Numbered from the stretch's first letter, positions 33,411-42,540 are shown. The stretch is DNA of 43,803 bases from Acidobacteriota bacterium (GCA_040004225.1 JBDUBI010000184.1:1-43803); one strand, 5' to 3'. Translations and numbers: made by a program. Notes: generated by a model from the letters alone, not told the origin.

Positions 33411-36400
33411 ATGGAAATGAGCGACCCGGTCCCCTCTTCGCCGCCCGCGAAAACAGCAGAGCCTGCGGCCGCATCGCCCGAAGACGTCTTCGTCTTTCCC
33501 GCCTCATTTGCGCAGCGTCGGTTCTGGTTTGTCGATCGATACAACCCGGGAACCTCGGCCTACTGTCTTCCAATCCTCCTGCGCCTTTCCGGGCCGCTGG
33601 ATGCCGCACTCCTGGAACGAGCCTTGAACGAGATCCTGCGGCGGCACGAGGTCCTGAGAACAACCTTCTCTTTTCGGGAAGGGGAGGTGGTGCAGGTCAT
33701 CGTCCCGGTAGCGCGTCTTCGTCTGTCGCGGGTCGACCTCTCGCTTCTTCCCGAGAGCGACCGCGAATCACGTGCCCTGACGGAGGCGCGCTCGGAGAGT
33801 CAGCGCCCGTTCGATCTGGGCCAGGGGCCGCTTTTCCGGGCACACCTGTGGCGACTCTCCGAGGGTGACCATCTGCTGCTGCTCGACATGCACCACATCG
33901 TTGCAGACGGGTGGTCGTTTTCGGTGCTCCTGCGGGAGCTTTCCATCCTCTATCAAGCCTTTCGCGAGGGCCGCCCGTCGCCGCTGCCCGAGCTCTCGCT
34001 CCAGTACGCCGATTTCGCGCAGTGGCAGACGGAGTCAGTGGGAGGTCCCGATCTCGAGGAGGATCAGTCCTACTGGAAGACCGCGCTCGCCGGTGCGCCT
34101 CTCGTGCTCGAGCTGCGGACGGATCGGCCGCGGCCTCCACGACAAACCTTCGATGGCGACTACGTTACCGAGTTGCTGCCGGGCGGTCTTGCAACGCAGA
34201 TCAAGGCTCTTTCCCGCCGCGAAGGGGTCACTCCGTTCATGACCTTGCTGGCGGCCTATTTCACCCTGCTTTACCGGCACACGGGGCAGACGGACCTGAT
34301 CGTTGGATCTCCGATCGCCAACCGTTCGCGCGCCGAGCTCGAGCCCCTCATCGGCCTCTTCATGAATACGCTCGTCTTGCGCGCAGATCTCTCCGGGAAT
34401 CCGAAATTCCGCGATCTTCTCGCCCGGATCGGGCGCGTCTGCGTCGATGCCTATACGCACCAGGACGTGCCGCTGGAAAAGGTCGTCGAAGATCTGAAAC
34501 CGGAGCGCGATCCGAGCCGGAATCCCGTATTCCAGACCATGTTCGTCCATCAAAAGGCCTTCATCCAGCCCTTCGTCGCGGGAGACGTTCGATTCGAGCC
34601 CATCAAGGCGGAACGAGGAGGCTCTCTGACCGATCTCTCCCTCTTCGTCATCGAGCGGGACGATGGCTATACCGCAGGCATCGAGCACAACACAGACCTC
34701 TTCGATGGCTCGACGATCCGGCGCATGCTCGGGCATCTGCGGATGCTCCTGCAGGCTGTCGTCGAGAACGCCGAGCTACGGATCGACGAGATCCCGATCC
34801 TCACTCCCGCCGAGCGCCATCAACTTCTGGTCGAGTGGAACCAGACCGCTTCCGATTCTCCGGCGAAATGCCTTCACCGTCTCTTCGAGGATAGTGTCGA
34901 AAAGAATCCCGACGCCCCAGCGGTGCGATTCTATGGAGAGGAAATCAGCTATCGCGAGCTGAACCGGCGCTCCAACCGGCTGGCACACCACCTCGTGCGT
35001 TTGGGCGTCGGTCCCGACACGCGAGTGGCGATCTGCCTGGATCGCTGCACCGAGGCCGTCGTGGCAATCATTGCGATCCTGAAAACGGGCGGTGCCTATG
35101 TGCCGCTCGATCCCGCCTACCCCCGGGAAAGCCTCGCTTTCATGCTGGAGGACGCGGAACCTTCCGTCGTCCTGACGCACTCTCGATACGAAGCAGCGAT
35201 TCCTTTTTCCGGCACCGTGCTCTTCCTGGACGTGTTGGCTGGGACCCTGGAAGGAGGCGAGGCGGGGAACCCGGAAGGCCACGTCGACCCGGACGATCTC
35301 GCCTATCTCATCTACACGTCCGGTTCATCCGGACGGCCCAAAGGGACGATGGTTCCTCATCGAGCGGTAGTCAACTATTTGACGTGGTGCGTGGGCGCCT
35401 ATTCCGTCGCGTCGGGTCGGGGGGCGCCCGTTCAGTCATCTCTTGCATTTGACCTGACGGTGACTTCGCTCTTCGCCCCGCTCCTGTGCGGCGGCATCGT
35501 CGAGCTCCTGCCGCAAAGGCCGGCCGGCACGGCTCTGGCCGATGCGCTCGCGCTCGAGCAGACGAACCCCTGGAGCCTGGTCAAGACGACGCCCGCCGAA
35601 CTCGAACTCGTCACGAGGCAACTCACCCCGGAGAACGTCCGCGGGCGCGTCCGAACGCTGGTGATCGGAGGCGAGAGCCTGCCGGCGAAGACCGTTTCTT
35701 TCTGGCGTACCCACTCCCCCGAAACGAGGATCTTCAACGAGTACGGTCCCACCGAGACCGTCGTTGGGTGTGCGGTTTACGAGGTTGGAGACGGGACTCT
35801 TTCCGGCCCGGTTCCCATCGGGCGCCCGATCGCAAATACCCGCCTCTACGTTCTGGGGCCGGAGAACCAGCCCGTCCCGATCGGGGTGGCGGGAGAGCTC
35901 TGCATCGCGGGAGCCGGAGTGGCGACGGGCTATCGTGGACGGCCGGAGTTGACGGATGAGCGGTTCGTTCCCGATCCGTTCGGCCGACCCGGTTCGAGAA
36001 TGTATCGATCCGGGGATTTCGCGCGCTACCTCCCCGACGGGAACCTGGAATTCCTAGGACGGCGCGATTTGCAGGTGAAGCTGCGGGGCTACCGCATCGA
36101 GCTCGAAGAGATCGAAGCGTCGCTGACGATGCATTCTGCGGTGCGCGGGTGCGCCGTTCTCGCGCGAGAAGACGTCTCCGGAGAGAAAAGGCTCGTGGCC
36201 TATGTCGAGGCGGTTTCCGGGGCGGAACTGCATGAGTGGGGACTGCGCGCTTTCCTCAAGGAAAAGCTCCCCGGGCACATGGTTCCCTCTACGTTCCAGC
36301 TTCTGACGGAGCTTCCTCGAACGCCCAACGGGAAGGTCGACCGCCGCGCTCTTCCGGCGCCGGGACTCGGATCCCGGGAAATCGAAGCGCGCGGGGTCCT

Positions 36401-37505
36401 TCCGCGGGACTCCCTGGAGGCCAAGCTGGCGGCAATCTGGGAGGAGGTCCTCGGGGTCTCGGGCATCGGCGTTTTCGACGACTACTTTGACATGGGCGGG
36501 CATTCTCTGCTGGCGGCCTTGCTGTTCTCGCGGATCGGCGAATCTCTGGAACGCCATTTGCCGCTCGCGACGATCTTCGAGGCCCCGACGATCTCCCAGC
36601 TAGCCCGAAAGTTGCGCGAGGAAGGCTGGAGCCCCCCCGATTCCTCCCTCGTCATGATCCAGCGAGGAGTCGCCGGACGCGCCCCCCTCTTCTGCGTGCC
36701 AGGTGTCGGAGGGAACATCGTCGGGTACGTGGATCTGGCCCGAGAGCTGGGCGTCGACCAGCCGGTCTATGGGTTGCAGGCTCGGGGGCTGGACGGAAAG
36801 CGCGAACCCTTCACGTGCGTCGAGGACATGGCGCGCCACTACATCACCGAGATGCTCGCGCTGTTCCCCAACGGGCCTTTCCTGCTGGCGGGAGCCTCCT
36901 TTGGGGGGAGGGTCGCCTTCGAGATGGCTCGGCAACTCGACCAGTCAGGCCATGGCGTGGCTCTGGTCGCCCTGTTCGACGCGTTCGCCCCGAGGACGGC
37001 TTACTCGCCGGCCGGGGTCTCGCGAAGACGTCTCAGGAGGTCTGTCGAGCGGATCGCGTACCACGGGAAGAATCTGCTCTTTGGCTCTCACCGAGTCCGC
37101 TATGTGGCCCGAAAATCTCGCACTCTTCAGCGCCGGATTCGGAGCAGGCTCTGGCGAATGGTCTACAAGTTCTATCGAAAGATCTCGCGACCGCTGCCTC
37201 TCGTGTTGCAGGACGTGCGGGAAGCCGGATACCTCGCGAATCGGGAGTACGCGCCCGGCCCCTATCCTGGCAAAGTGACCCTGTTCCGGGCGACGGTCCG
37301 GTCCCTGGCGGATTCCGAAACCGCGGATATGGGCTGGAGGCAGCTGGCGCAGGGCGGAGTGGAGATTCGAGCGGTATCCGGCGACCACGTCGACATGTTG
37401 ATCCGGCCGCAGGTCGCGTTTCTGGCCGGGCAGCTTCACGAATGCATGGATGCCGCTCTCGCATCGCCCTCCCGGGAAGAGGGGTTGCGGACTCCGGGGT
37501 CATAA
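33411..37505 (+). CDS. Terminal NRPS module C-A-T-TE; predicted Asn
   Basis: 'FPASFAQRRFWFVD', 'HHIVADGWS', 'LAYLIYTSGSSGRPKGT', 'NEYGPTETVVG'; code DLTKVGEVGK, an Asn-type code. 'YRSGDFARYLPDGNLEFLGRRDLQVKLRGYRIELEEIE', 'NGKVDR'. T domain: 'YFDMGGHSLLAALL'. TE domain: 'FCVPGVGGN', 'GASFGG' (36890), 'VSGDHVDML'. Confidence 0.93.
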   Translation: MEMSDPVPSSPPAKTAEPAAASPEDVFVFPASFAQRRFWFVDRYNPGTSAYCLPILLRLSGPLDAALLERALNEILRRHEVLRTTFSFREGEVVQVIVPVARLRLSRVDLSLLPESDRESRALTEARSESQRPFDLGQGPLFRAHLWRLSEGDHLLLLDMHHIVADGWSFSVLLRELSILYQAFREGRPSPLPELSLQYADFAQWQTESVGGPDLEEDQSYWKTALAGAPLVLELRTDRPRPPRQTFDGDYVTELLPGGLATQIKALSRREGVTPFMTLLAAYFTLLYRHTGQTDLIVGSPIANRSRAELEPLIGLFMNTLVLRADLSGNPKFRDLLARIGRVCVDAYTHQDVPLEKVVEDLKPERDPSRNPVFQTMFVHQKAFIQPFVAGDVRFEPIKAERGGSLTDLSLFVIERDDGYTAGIEHNTDLFDGSTIRRMLGHLRMLLQAVVENAELRIDEIPILTPAERHQLLVEWNQTASDSPAKCLHRLFEDSVEKNPDAPAVRFYGEEISYRELNRRSNRLAHHLVRLGVGPDTRVAICLDRCTEAVVAIIAILKTGGAYVPLDPAYPRESLAFMLEDAEPSVVLTHSRYEAAIPFSGTVLFLDVLAGTLEGGEAGNPEGHVDPDDLAYLIYTSGSSGRPKGTMVPHRAVVNYLTWCVGAYSVASGRGAPVQSSLAFDLTVTSLFAPLLCGGIVELLPQRPAGTALADALALEQTNPWSLVKTTPAELELVTRQLTPENVRGRVRTLVIGGESLPAKTVSFWRTHSPETRIFNEYGPTETVVGCAVYEVGDGTLSGPVPIGRPIANTRLYVLGPENQPVPIGVAGELCIAGAGVATGYRGRPELTDERFVPDPFGRPGSRMYRSGDFARYLPDGNLEFLGRRDLQVKLRGYRIELEEIEASLTMHSAVRGCAVLAREDVSGEKRLVAYVEAVSGAELHEWGLRAFLKEKLPGHMVPSTFQLLTELPRTPNGKVDRRALPAPGLGSREIEARGVLPRDSLEAKLAAIWEEVLGVSGIGVFDDYFDMGGHSLLAALLFSRIGESLERHLPLATIFEAPTISQLARKLREEGWSPPDSSLVMIQRGVAGRAPLFCVPGVGGNIVGYVDLARELGVDQPVYGLQARGLDGKREPFTCVEDMARHYITEMLALFPNGPFLLAGASFGGRVAFEMARQLDQSGHGVALVALFDAFAPRTAYSPAGVSRRRLRRSVERIAYHGKNLLFGSHRVRYVARKSRTLQRRIRSRLWRMVYKFYRKISRPLPLVLQDVREAGYLANREYAPGPYPGKVTLFRATVRSLADSETADMGWRQLAQGGVEIRAVSGDHVDMLIRPQVAFLAGQLHECMDAALASPSREEGLRTPGS

Positions 37506-37816
37506 GACCCGCGGGGTGACTGGCGCTCCCCCGTGGGCGCTCATCTCCGAGGAGCAGGTCGGGAGGCTTAACGTGCCTTTCGCTGCCTTGCAGCATCTGG
37601 GTGAGGCGGCGGAGGGAGGCCGCAGCGCCCGCTCTGCGCGAGGTGATCACCGCGGGCGAGGCGCCCGGTCGGCGTGCGGCGAACTCCACGTCGGAGGCGC
37701 GGCTATCGCCTCCGGCTAATGGAATCGCCCGGAGCTGCGAAAACGGCCACGAACGACCTGCGTAAAGCCCTGCGCCCGCTCCACTTCCGGATTCCGTCGA
37801 GGGGAGGCATTTTTGC

Positions 37817-37846
37817 TTGCCGGTCGGAGAGGGATACTTATATAAA
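37817..37846 (+). promoter_or_regulatory. Possible sigma70-like promoter (TTGCCG-N18-TATAAA) ahead of the small ORF and GT2 genes
   Basis: 'ttgccg' at 37817-37822 and 'tataaa' at 37841-37846, in the only markedly AT-richer stretch after the TE gene. Pattern match only. Confidence 0.2.
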
Positions 37847-37867
37847 GTGATTGGAGAAGGTCTGTCC

Positions 37868-38107
37868 ATGTCAATCGCGGAATTCTTGGGATCCCTCGAT
37901 CTGGCCGACGACCCGGTCTCTCTGAGCTGTTCGAGGTTCCAAAACGGGACGGTCCGCGGCGAGTTGGTCATTATTTCAGCTCCTGTCATGTTGCGGCGCT
38001 CGCTGTCCCGCCCGGATCTTTCGACCTGTTACATAACAACCGGCCCCCCTCTGGCCTTCGTGCTGAGGCAGCCGCCCCGTCCTCTGTCAGTCGAAATTCC
38101 GGGATGA
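37868..38107 (+). CDS. Hypothetical small protein (79 aa)
   Basis: The ATG is preceded by 'GGAGAAGG' with 7-nt spacing. The stop overlaps the GT2 start (ATGA, 38104-38107). Translation is 'MSIAEFLGSLDLADDPVSLSCSRFQNGTVRGELVIISAPVML...' and no motif was recognised. Confidence 0.3.
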   Translation: MSIAEFLGSLDLADDPVSLSCSRFQNGTVRGELVIISAPVMLRRSLSRPDLSTCYITTGPPLAFVLRQPPRPLSVEIPG

Positions 38108-39210
38108 CTCCCTCGGCCATCGCCGCCGAGATCGCATTACTCCCTTCGGGCATCCGGGAGTCTCTGAGAGATTCGGACGTCGTGTATGCCCTCCACCGGG
38201 GCAATGCCTGCGCCGGCCATGACTCGCCCGACAATTCCAGGCTCGTGACCGGTTGCACAGTGGTTGTTTGCACGCATCGCCGCGAGAAGAGTCTCGCGGC
38301 CTTCCTCGAATCGCTTCGTCGTCAGGACCCTCCGCCTCAGGCCATCGTGATCGTGGACGCGAGTTCGGACGAGGATACGCAGCGGCTCGTGTCCGAAGAT
38401 CCGGAGCTCTATTCCTTTAGCGGATGTTTGACCTACCTTCGCGTTCAGGGGCGCTGGAAAGGCCTGACCCGACAGCGCAACTTCGCGCTGCAGTGGGTCA
38501 GGACTGATCTTCTCGTTTTCTTCGACGACGATGTGGTTCTGCTGCCCGGTTGTCTCGCCGAAATGCAGAGGGTGCACCGTGAGTACGGACCTGCGGTCGT
38601 CGGGGTGGGCGCGATCGTACATAACGAGGGACCTGAACCGCACCTGAGAAAGGTCTGGCGGTTCAGGCGCCGGCTCGGGATCGTTGCGACGCTCGAGCCG
38701 GGCCGATACAGCCGATCGGGAATGTCGACGCCCTGGGGCGCCATCGGCGCCGACAGGGCGCTTCTCGAGGGCGATTGGTTGCCGGGCTGCGGCATGATGT
38801 GGAAAACGGCAACGGTTGTCGATCTCGGGTTCAACGACGCGTTCGAAGGATATTCGCTGGGCGAGGACGTCGATTTTTCTCTTCGCGCGCGCCAGAAGGG
38901 AAAACTGATCATGACGCCGGCTGCTCGTCTCCTTCACCTGCAACCGAAAGGGGGACGGCCGGACGGTTTCAAACTGGGATATTTCACGATCTATAATCGG
39001 TATCAGATCCATCGGAGAGGGCTTAACGATCGGACTCGCCGAGATGTCGCCGCATTCATTTATGCATGGACCCTGGATTCTTTGATCGTCTCGAGACGCC
39101 TGGTCTACCCGAAGCGGGCGGGCTCGATTCTCGAGCATCTCCGTGGCCGCTTGCGAGCGGCCCTTGATCTTCTGAAAGAGGCGGTCTCCCGGACTCGCGC
39201 GCAGAGCTGA
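38104..39210 (+). CDS. Family 2 glycosyltransferase
   Basis: 'VVVCTHRREKSLAAFLESLRRQDPPPQAIVIVDASSDE' (GT-A N-terminal signature), DxD-like 'FFDDDVVLLPG' and 'GEDVDFSLR'. Confidence 0.8.
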   Translation: MTPSAIAAEIALLPSGIRESLRDSDVVYALHRGNACAGHDSPDNSRLVTGCTVVVCTHRREKSLAAFLESLRRQDPPPQAIVIVDASSDEDTQRLVSEDPELYSFSGCLTYLRVQGRWKGLTRQRNFALQWVRTDLLVFFDDDVVLLPGCLAEMQRVHREYGPAVVGVGAIVHNEGPEPHLRKVWRFRRRLGIVATLEPGRYSRSGMSTPWGAIGADRALLEGDWLPGCGMMWKTATVVDLGFNDAFEGYSLGEDVDFSLRARQKGKLIMTPAARLLHLQPKGGRPDGFKLGYFTIYNRYQIHRRGLNDRTRRDVAAFIYAWTLDSLIVSRRLVYPKRAGSILEHLRGRLRAALDLLKEAVSRTRAQS

Positions 39211-39333
39211 ACCCGAAACCGACGACGGTTCCCCGGGTTTCGCCGCACGCTGTCCACACTCGTGAGGCGTAGAGCGAACGCCCGACGTATCCGAGCGGTC
39301 GCCCTCTCGTGCTCTCCCGAAACGACACCCGGT

Positions 39334-40284
39334 CTATTGACGGCGGCTCAGGAACCAGCCGAGGGTCGCGAAGGCGCCGGCGAGAGCCGCGAGCATCCAG
39401 GGCGAGAGCGTCGGTACGGGCGAAGACGGCCCGACTCCGCCGATCGGCGTCGACGACGGGCTAGGACCAGGCGTCGGCGTACGCGTCGGTGTCGCGGTGG
39501 TAGCCACGACCGTCGATGTCGGAGTGGCCGTCGATGTCGGGGTCGGAGTGATCGTCGGGGTCGCGGTGGGCGTGATCGTTCCCGTCGGCGTGTTCGTGGG
39601 TGTCGGAGTGACGGTGGCTGTGCTCGTCGGCGTTCTGGTTGGCGTGTTCGTCGGAGTGCTTGTCGAGGTCGGAGTGCTTGTCGAGGTCGGTGTGCTTGTC
39701 GGCAAGGCGCCGAGCGTTCCCGTCACCGAGAGCGTGTAGGGGCCTGCGGAAGTCGAGACCGGAGCCGCGTAAAAGGAGTCGACGTAAAAGTAGTAGGTTC
39801 CGGGCGCGAGTCCCGCGACCGCTATCGTTTCGGTGGCGGGATTTCCGGGCACCGTATCGGCGTAGGCGACGCACGTCGTGCCGTCGTCGCAGGTGCTGAG
39901 AATATAGATGCTCGGGTCATACGGCAGGGTTCGTCCGAGGGTGAACGTCAGACTGTTGCCCGTTCCGACCGTGAAGGAGTAGATGAGATCGGGCCCTTTA
40001 TCGGTGGGGGAAGCGAGTAGAGGATGGGAGCAGCTGACGTCGTTGACCTTGTTCGTGGCACCGGTGGTATCACCCGTGTCGTTGAAGGGGAGAGTGGTGA
40101 TGGGCGTCGCCGTCGCGCACGTGTTGCCGCCCGATTGGGGACGACGAGCCTGGCTGGCTGAGAGGGTGCTCGAAGTGGACGGGGCGGAATTCCCCGGATT
40201 CGCACGAGGCGCTCCCTGACTCGTCGCGACCACGGCCAGGAAAAAGACGGCGAGGACCGAAGAATGCTTGAGCTTGGATTTCAA
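39334..40284 (-). CDS. Secreted protein: signal peptide, PPC-like beta-sandwich domain, Pro/Thr linker, IPTL-CTERM-like sorting tail
   Basis: TTG start 5 nt after 'GGGAGA', giving 'MKSKLKHSSVLAVFFLAVVATSQG|AP'. The domain contains 'GPDLIYSFTV...LAPGTYYFYVDSF...YTLSVTG'. A (P/T/S)-rich linker follows. The C-terminus 'VPTLSPWMLAALAGAFATLGWFLSRRQ' has a PTL motif, a TM helix and a basic tail. The ORF-track 5' extension to 40848 is Arg-rich and was rejected. Confidence 0.7.
   Translation of the reverse strand: MKSKLKHSSVLAVFFLAVVATSQGAPRANPGNSAPSTSSTLSASQARRPQSGGNTCATATPITTLPFNDTGDTTGATNKVNDVSCSHPLLASPTDKGPDLIYSFTVGTGNSLTFTLGRTLPYDPSIYILSTCDDGTTCVAYADTVPGNPATETIAVAGLAPGTYYFYVDSFYAAPVSTSAGPYTLSVTGTLGALPTSTPTSTSTPTSTSTPTNTPTRTPTSTATVTPTPTNTPTGTITPTATPTITPTPTSTATPTSTVVATTATPTRTPTPGPSPSSTPIGGVGPSSPVPTLSPWMLAALAGAFATLGWFLSRRQ
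39418..39704 (-). repeat. Coding low-complexity Pro/Thr/Ser repeat, including a tandem 18-nt unit x3
   Basis: It encodes 'PTSTPTSTSTPTSTSTPTNTPTRTPTSTATVTPTPTNTPTGTITPTATPTITPTPTSTATPTST...'. The + strand shows 'tcggagtgcttgtcgagg' at 39651-39668 and again at 39669-39686, then the variant 'tcggtgtgcttgtcggca' at 39687-39704. Confidence 0.85.
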
Positions 40285-40400
40285 TTCTATCTCCCGGTTC
40301 GCTTTTTGAATGGAAAGACGCCAATTTCTCCGAATGGATTCATTATGCACGCCTGAGCGCCGCGCCGTCAACGGATTCGGCCGCGAGACCTTCCGGCGGT

Positions 40401-42497
40401 TTATCGAAGAAGGCTGGCCAGGGCTGGATTGGCCGCGGCCCGCGAGCGCAGGGAAGGTGATGCTGTGAGGGCGGTCCCGAGATCTTTTTTCGCGGCGACT
40501 TTGTCGCCTGCGTAAATCTCTATCGTCGCGAGCTCGAACCTGGCTTCCGCGAAGTCGGGCTCCTTCGTTTGGCTGCGACGGAGCCATGGCGCTGCCTGCG
40601 CCGTCTCTCCCTTCTTCAGGTAGAGCAGACCGAGCGTGCCGGGATACGGGAACCGGTCCCCGGAGAGCGAGGCGGCGCGGGCGAGATGGAGGAGCGCCGC
40701 CTCGTCCTTCCCGGTTCCGCGTTCGGCGAACGCGAGGTTTGCGAGGAGCAGCGGATCTCCAGGATCGACTTCCACCGCTCGCGCAAAGGCGACGGCGGCT
40801 TCCGTGAGCTTGCCGGCGCGTCCCAGGGCGGTTCCGAGGTTCGACCACGCAGCGGGCCGGCGCGGCTGGAGGCGGGCCGTTTCCATCCAGTGGGGAATCG
40901 CTCGAGCGTACTGGCCGCTCCTCGTCAGCACATCCGCGAGCGCGAACTGACTCTCCGCCTGCTCGGGGTCGAGGCGGACAGCCTCCTCCAGGGGAGCGAT
41001 CGCGCGGAGGAGATCGCCCCTTTTCGAGAGCGCCACACCCGTACGGAAGAGGGCGAAGTGATTGCCGGGGTCGCGCCGGAGGGCTTCCGAAAAGACCGCC
41101 ACCGCCTGATCGAACTTCCCTGTCCGCAGGAGATCCTCTCCCTGGAGGAGGAGAACCCGTTCGGCGAGGCGATCCTTCGGGTCGGCGAGGGTGCGCCCTG
41201 CCGGCGGCCCCGAAGACCCGCTTCCGAGGTATCCGAGCGATCGCAGGCGAGCGACCGTTTCCGGGTCGGCGATCCGCCGGGAGTCGGTCGCCGGGGCCGC
41301 CTCGAAGCGCTGCAGTTCGCGCAGGAGAGCGACGGTCTGTTCACGACTGCCGGAGAAAAGGTTCTTCGCCTCATGCGGATCCGCCCGGAGGTCATAGACC
41401 TCGGGGCGCGGGGCCCTCACGAGCTTCCATGCCGCTTCCCGAACTCCGGAGAGCGGGGCCCACCCGTAGGCGAGCCATGGCTGCAGCGTCTCCAGGTACG
41501 CGGTTCCCGGATCGTCTTTCGCTCCGGAGAAGATCGGCGTCAGGCTCCGGCCGTCCATCCCCGCGAGCGGGGGCAGCCGAAGCAGGTCCAGCAGCGTGGG
41601 AGTAATGTCGATCAGCCGCGCCGGCAGGCTGCTCACCCGGGGCGTCACACGTCCAGGCGCGTGGAAGAGGAGCGGGACGAGCACCGTGCTGTCGTAAAGG
41701 AAGAATCCGTGCGTGCTCTCGCCGTGCTCGCCCAGGCTCTCGCCGTGATCGCCCGCGAGCACGGTGATTCGCGATTCGGGAGGGGCCGCGGGCAACCCGC
41801 GGAGCAGCGCACCGAGGGCCGAATCGACATAAGCCACTTCCCCGTCGTAGGCCCCGCGGGGACCGGGGCGGAGGTAGGCGCGGGGCGGGGTGTAGGGATC
41901 GTGAGGATCGTAGTAATGGATCCAGAGAAACCACGGAGAGTGCGCGCGGGCGACCCACGCCAGGGCGGCGGCGGTCGTCTGTGTCGCGGGCCTCTCGACC
42001 CAACCTTCCGAGCCCGCCGGCAGGTGATCGTCGTAAACGTCGAATCCGCCGTCGAGGCCGAAAACCTTTCTCAGTGGATAACCGCTCACGAACGCCGCCG
42101 TCGCGTAACCGTTCGCCTTCAGCGCCCTGCCGAGCGTCGGCCGTTCAGAGCCGAGTACCTGCCCGTTGTCGCGGACGCCGTGCCGGCGGGGGAGCTCGCC
42201 CGTCAGAATCGAAACATGCGCGGGCAGCGTCAGGGGGACGGGTGACACAGCTCCGGAAAACCGGAACGAGGCGTTGGCCAGGCTGTCGATCACGGGCGTC
42301 GCGTTGCGGCCGGCCACCCAACCGAGGGCGTCCGGCCTCAGCGTGTCGACCGTGATGAGCAGCACGTTGGGCCGAGCCTGACGACGCGCGGGCTCGGGCG
42401 CGGCCCGGATCGCGAAGCGGCCGCCCAGAGTTGCGGAGAGCGCGACGAAGAAAAGTACACGGAACGTGTATCGTCTAGAGCGGCTCGGTGCATCCAT
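40401..42497 (-). CDS. Sulfatase-like (alkaline-phosphatase superfamily) protein with C-terminal TPR repeats
   Basis: Start chosen at 'MDAPSRSRRYTFRVLFFVALSATLGG' (signal-like). 'NVLLITVDTLRPDALGW' has Thr where sulfatases carry the Cys/Ser-x-Pro-x-Arg motif. 'GDHGESLGEHGESTHGFFLYD' is also present. The C-terminal third has TPR-like units ('FSEALRRDPGN', 'LEEAVRLDPEQ', 'METARLQPRR', 'FARAVEVDPGD'). The exact start is uncertain. Confidence 0.75.
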   Translation of the reverse strand: MDAPSRSRRYTFRVLFFVALSATLGGRFAIRAAPEPARRQARPNVLLITVDTLRPDALGWVAGRNATPVIDSLANASFRFSGAVSPVPLTLPAHVSILTGELPRRHGVRDNGQVLGSERPTLGRALKANGYATAAFVSGYPLRKVFGLDGGFDVYDDHLPAGSEGWVERPATQTTAAALAWVARAHSPWFLWIHYYDPHDPYTPPRAYLRPGPRGAYDGEVAYVDSALGALLRGLPAAPPESRITVLAGDHGESLGEHGESTHGFFLYDSTVLVPLLFHAPGRVTPRVSSLPARLIDITPTLLDLLRLPPLAGMDGRSLTPIFSGAKDDPGTAYLETLQPWLAYGWAPLSGVREAAWKLVRAPRPEVYDLRADPHEAKNLFSGSREQTVALLRELQRFEAAPATDSRRIADPETVARLRSLGYLGSGSSGPPAGRTLADPKDRLAERVLLLQGEDLLRTGKFDQAVAVFSEALRRDPGNHFALFRTGVALSKRGDLLRAIAPLEEAVRLDPEQAESQFALADVLTRSGQYARAIPHWMETARLQPRRPAAWSNLGTALGRAGKLTEAAVAFARAVEVDPGDPLLLANLAFAERGTGKDEAALLHLARAASLSGDRFPYPGTLGLLYLKKGETAQAAPWLRRSQTKEPDFAEARFELATIEIYAGDKVAAKKDLGTALTASPSLRSRAAANPALASLLR

Positions 42498-42540
42498 GCG
42501 CCCGGACGATGTCACGACTCTTCCCATCGATCTCAAGCAT

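Noticed and set aside
37625-37665. The peptide 'APALREVITAGEA' in one frame of the spacer resembles the 'LRxVxxGGE' region of A domains, which could be another NRPS remnant.
   Set aside because: Only about 10 residues match and there are no flanking A-domain motifs. Such a match can arise by chance in GC-rich sequence.
37033-37989. 318-aa minus-strand ORF spanning the TE 3' end and the downstream spacer.
   Set aside because: It overlaps the well-supported TE domain antisense. The translation is low-complexity with no motifs.
39214-39242. Inverted repeat CGAAACC...GGTTTCG between the convergent GT2 and IPTL-tail genes, considered as a bidirectional terminator.
   Set aside because: The stem is only 7 bp with a 15-nt loop, and there is no U-tract on either strand. 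The evidence is insufficient to call a terminator.
39418-39704. The periodic short repeats, considered as a CRISPR array or non-coding tandem repeat.
   Set aside because: The repeats are in frame within a CDS and encode a Pro/Thr/Ser linker. There is no repeat-spacer architecture.
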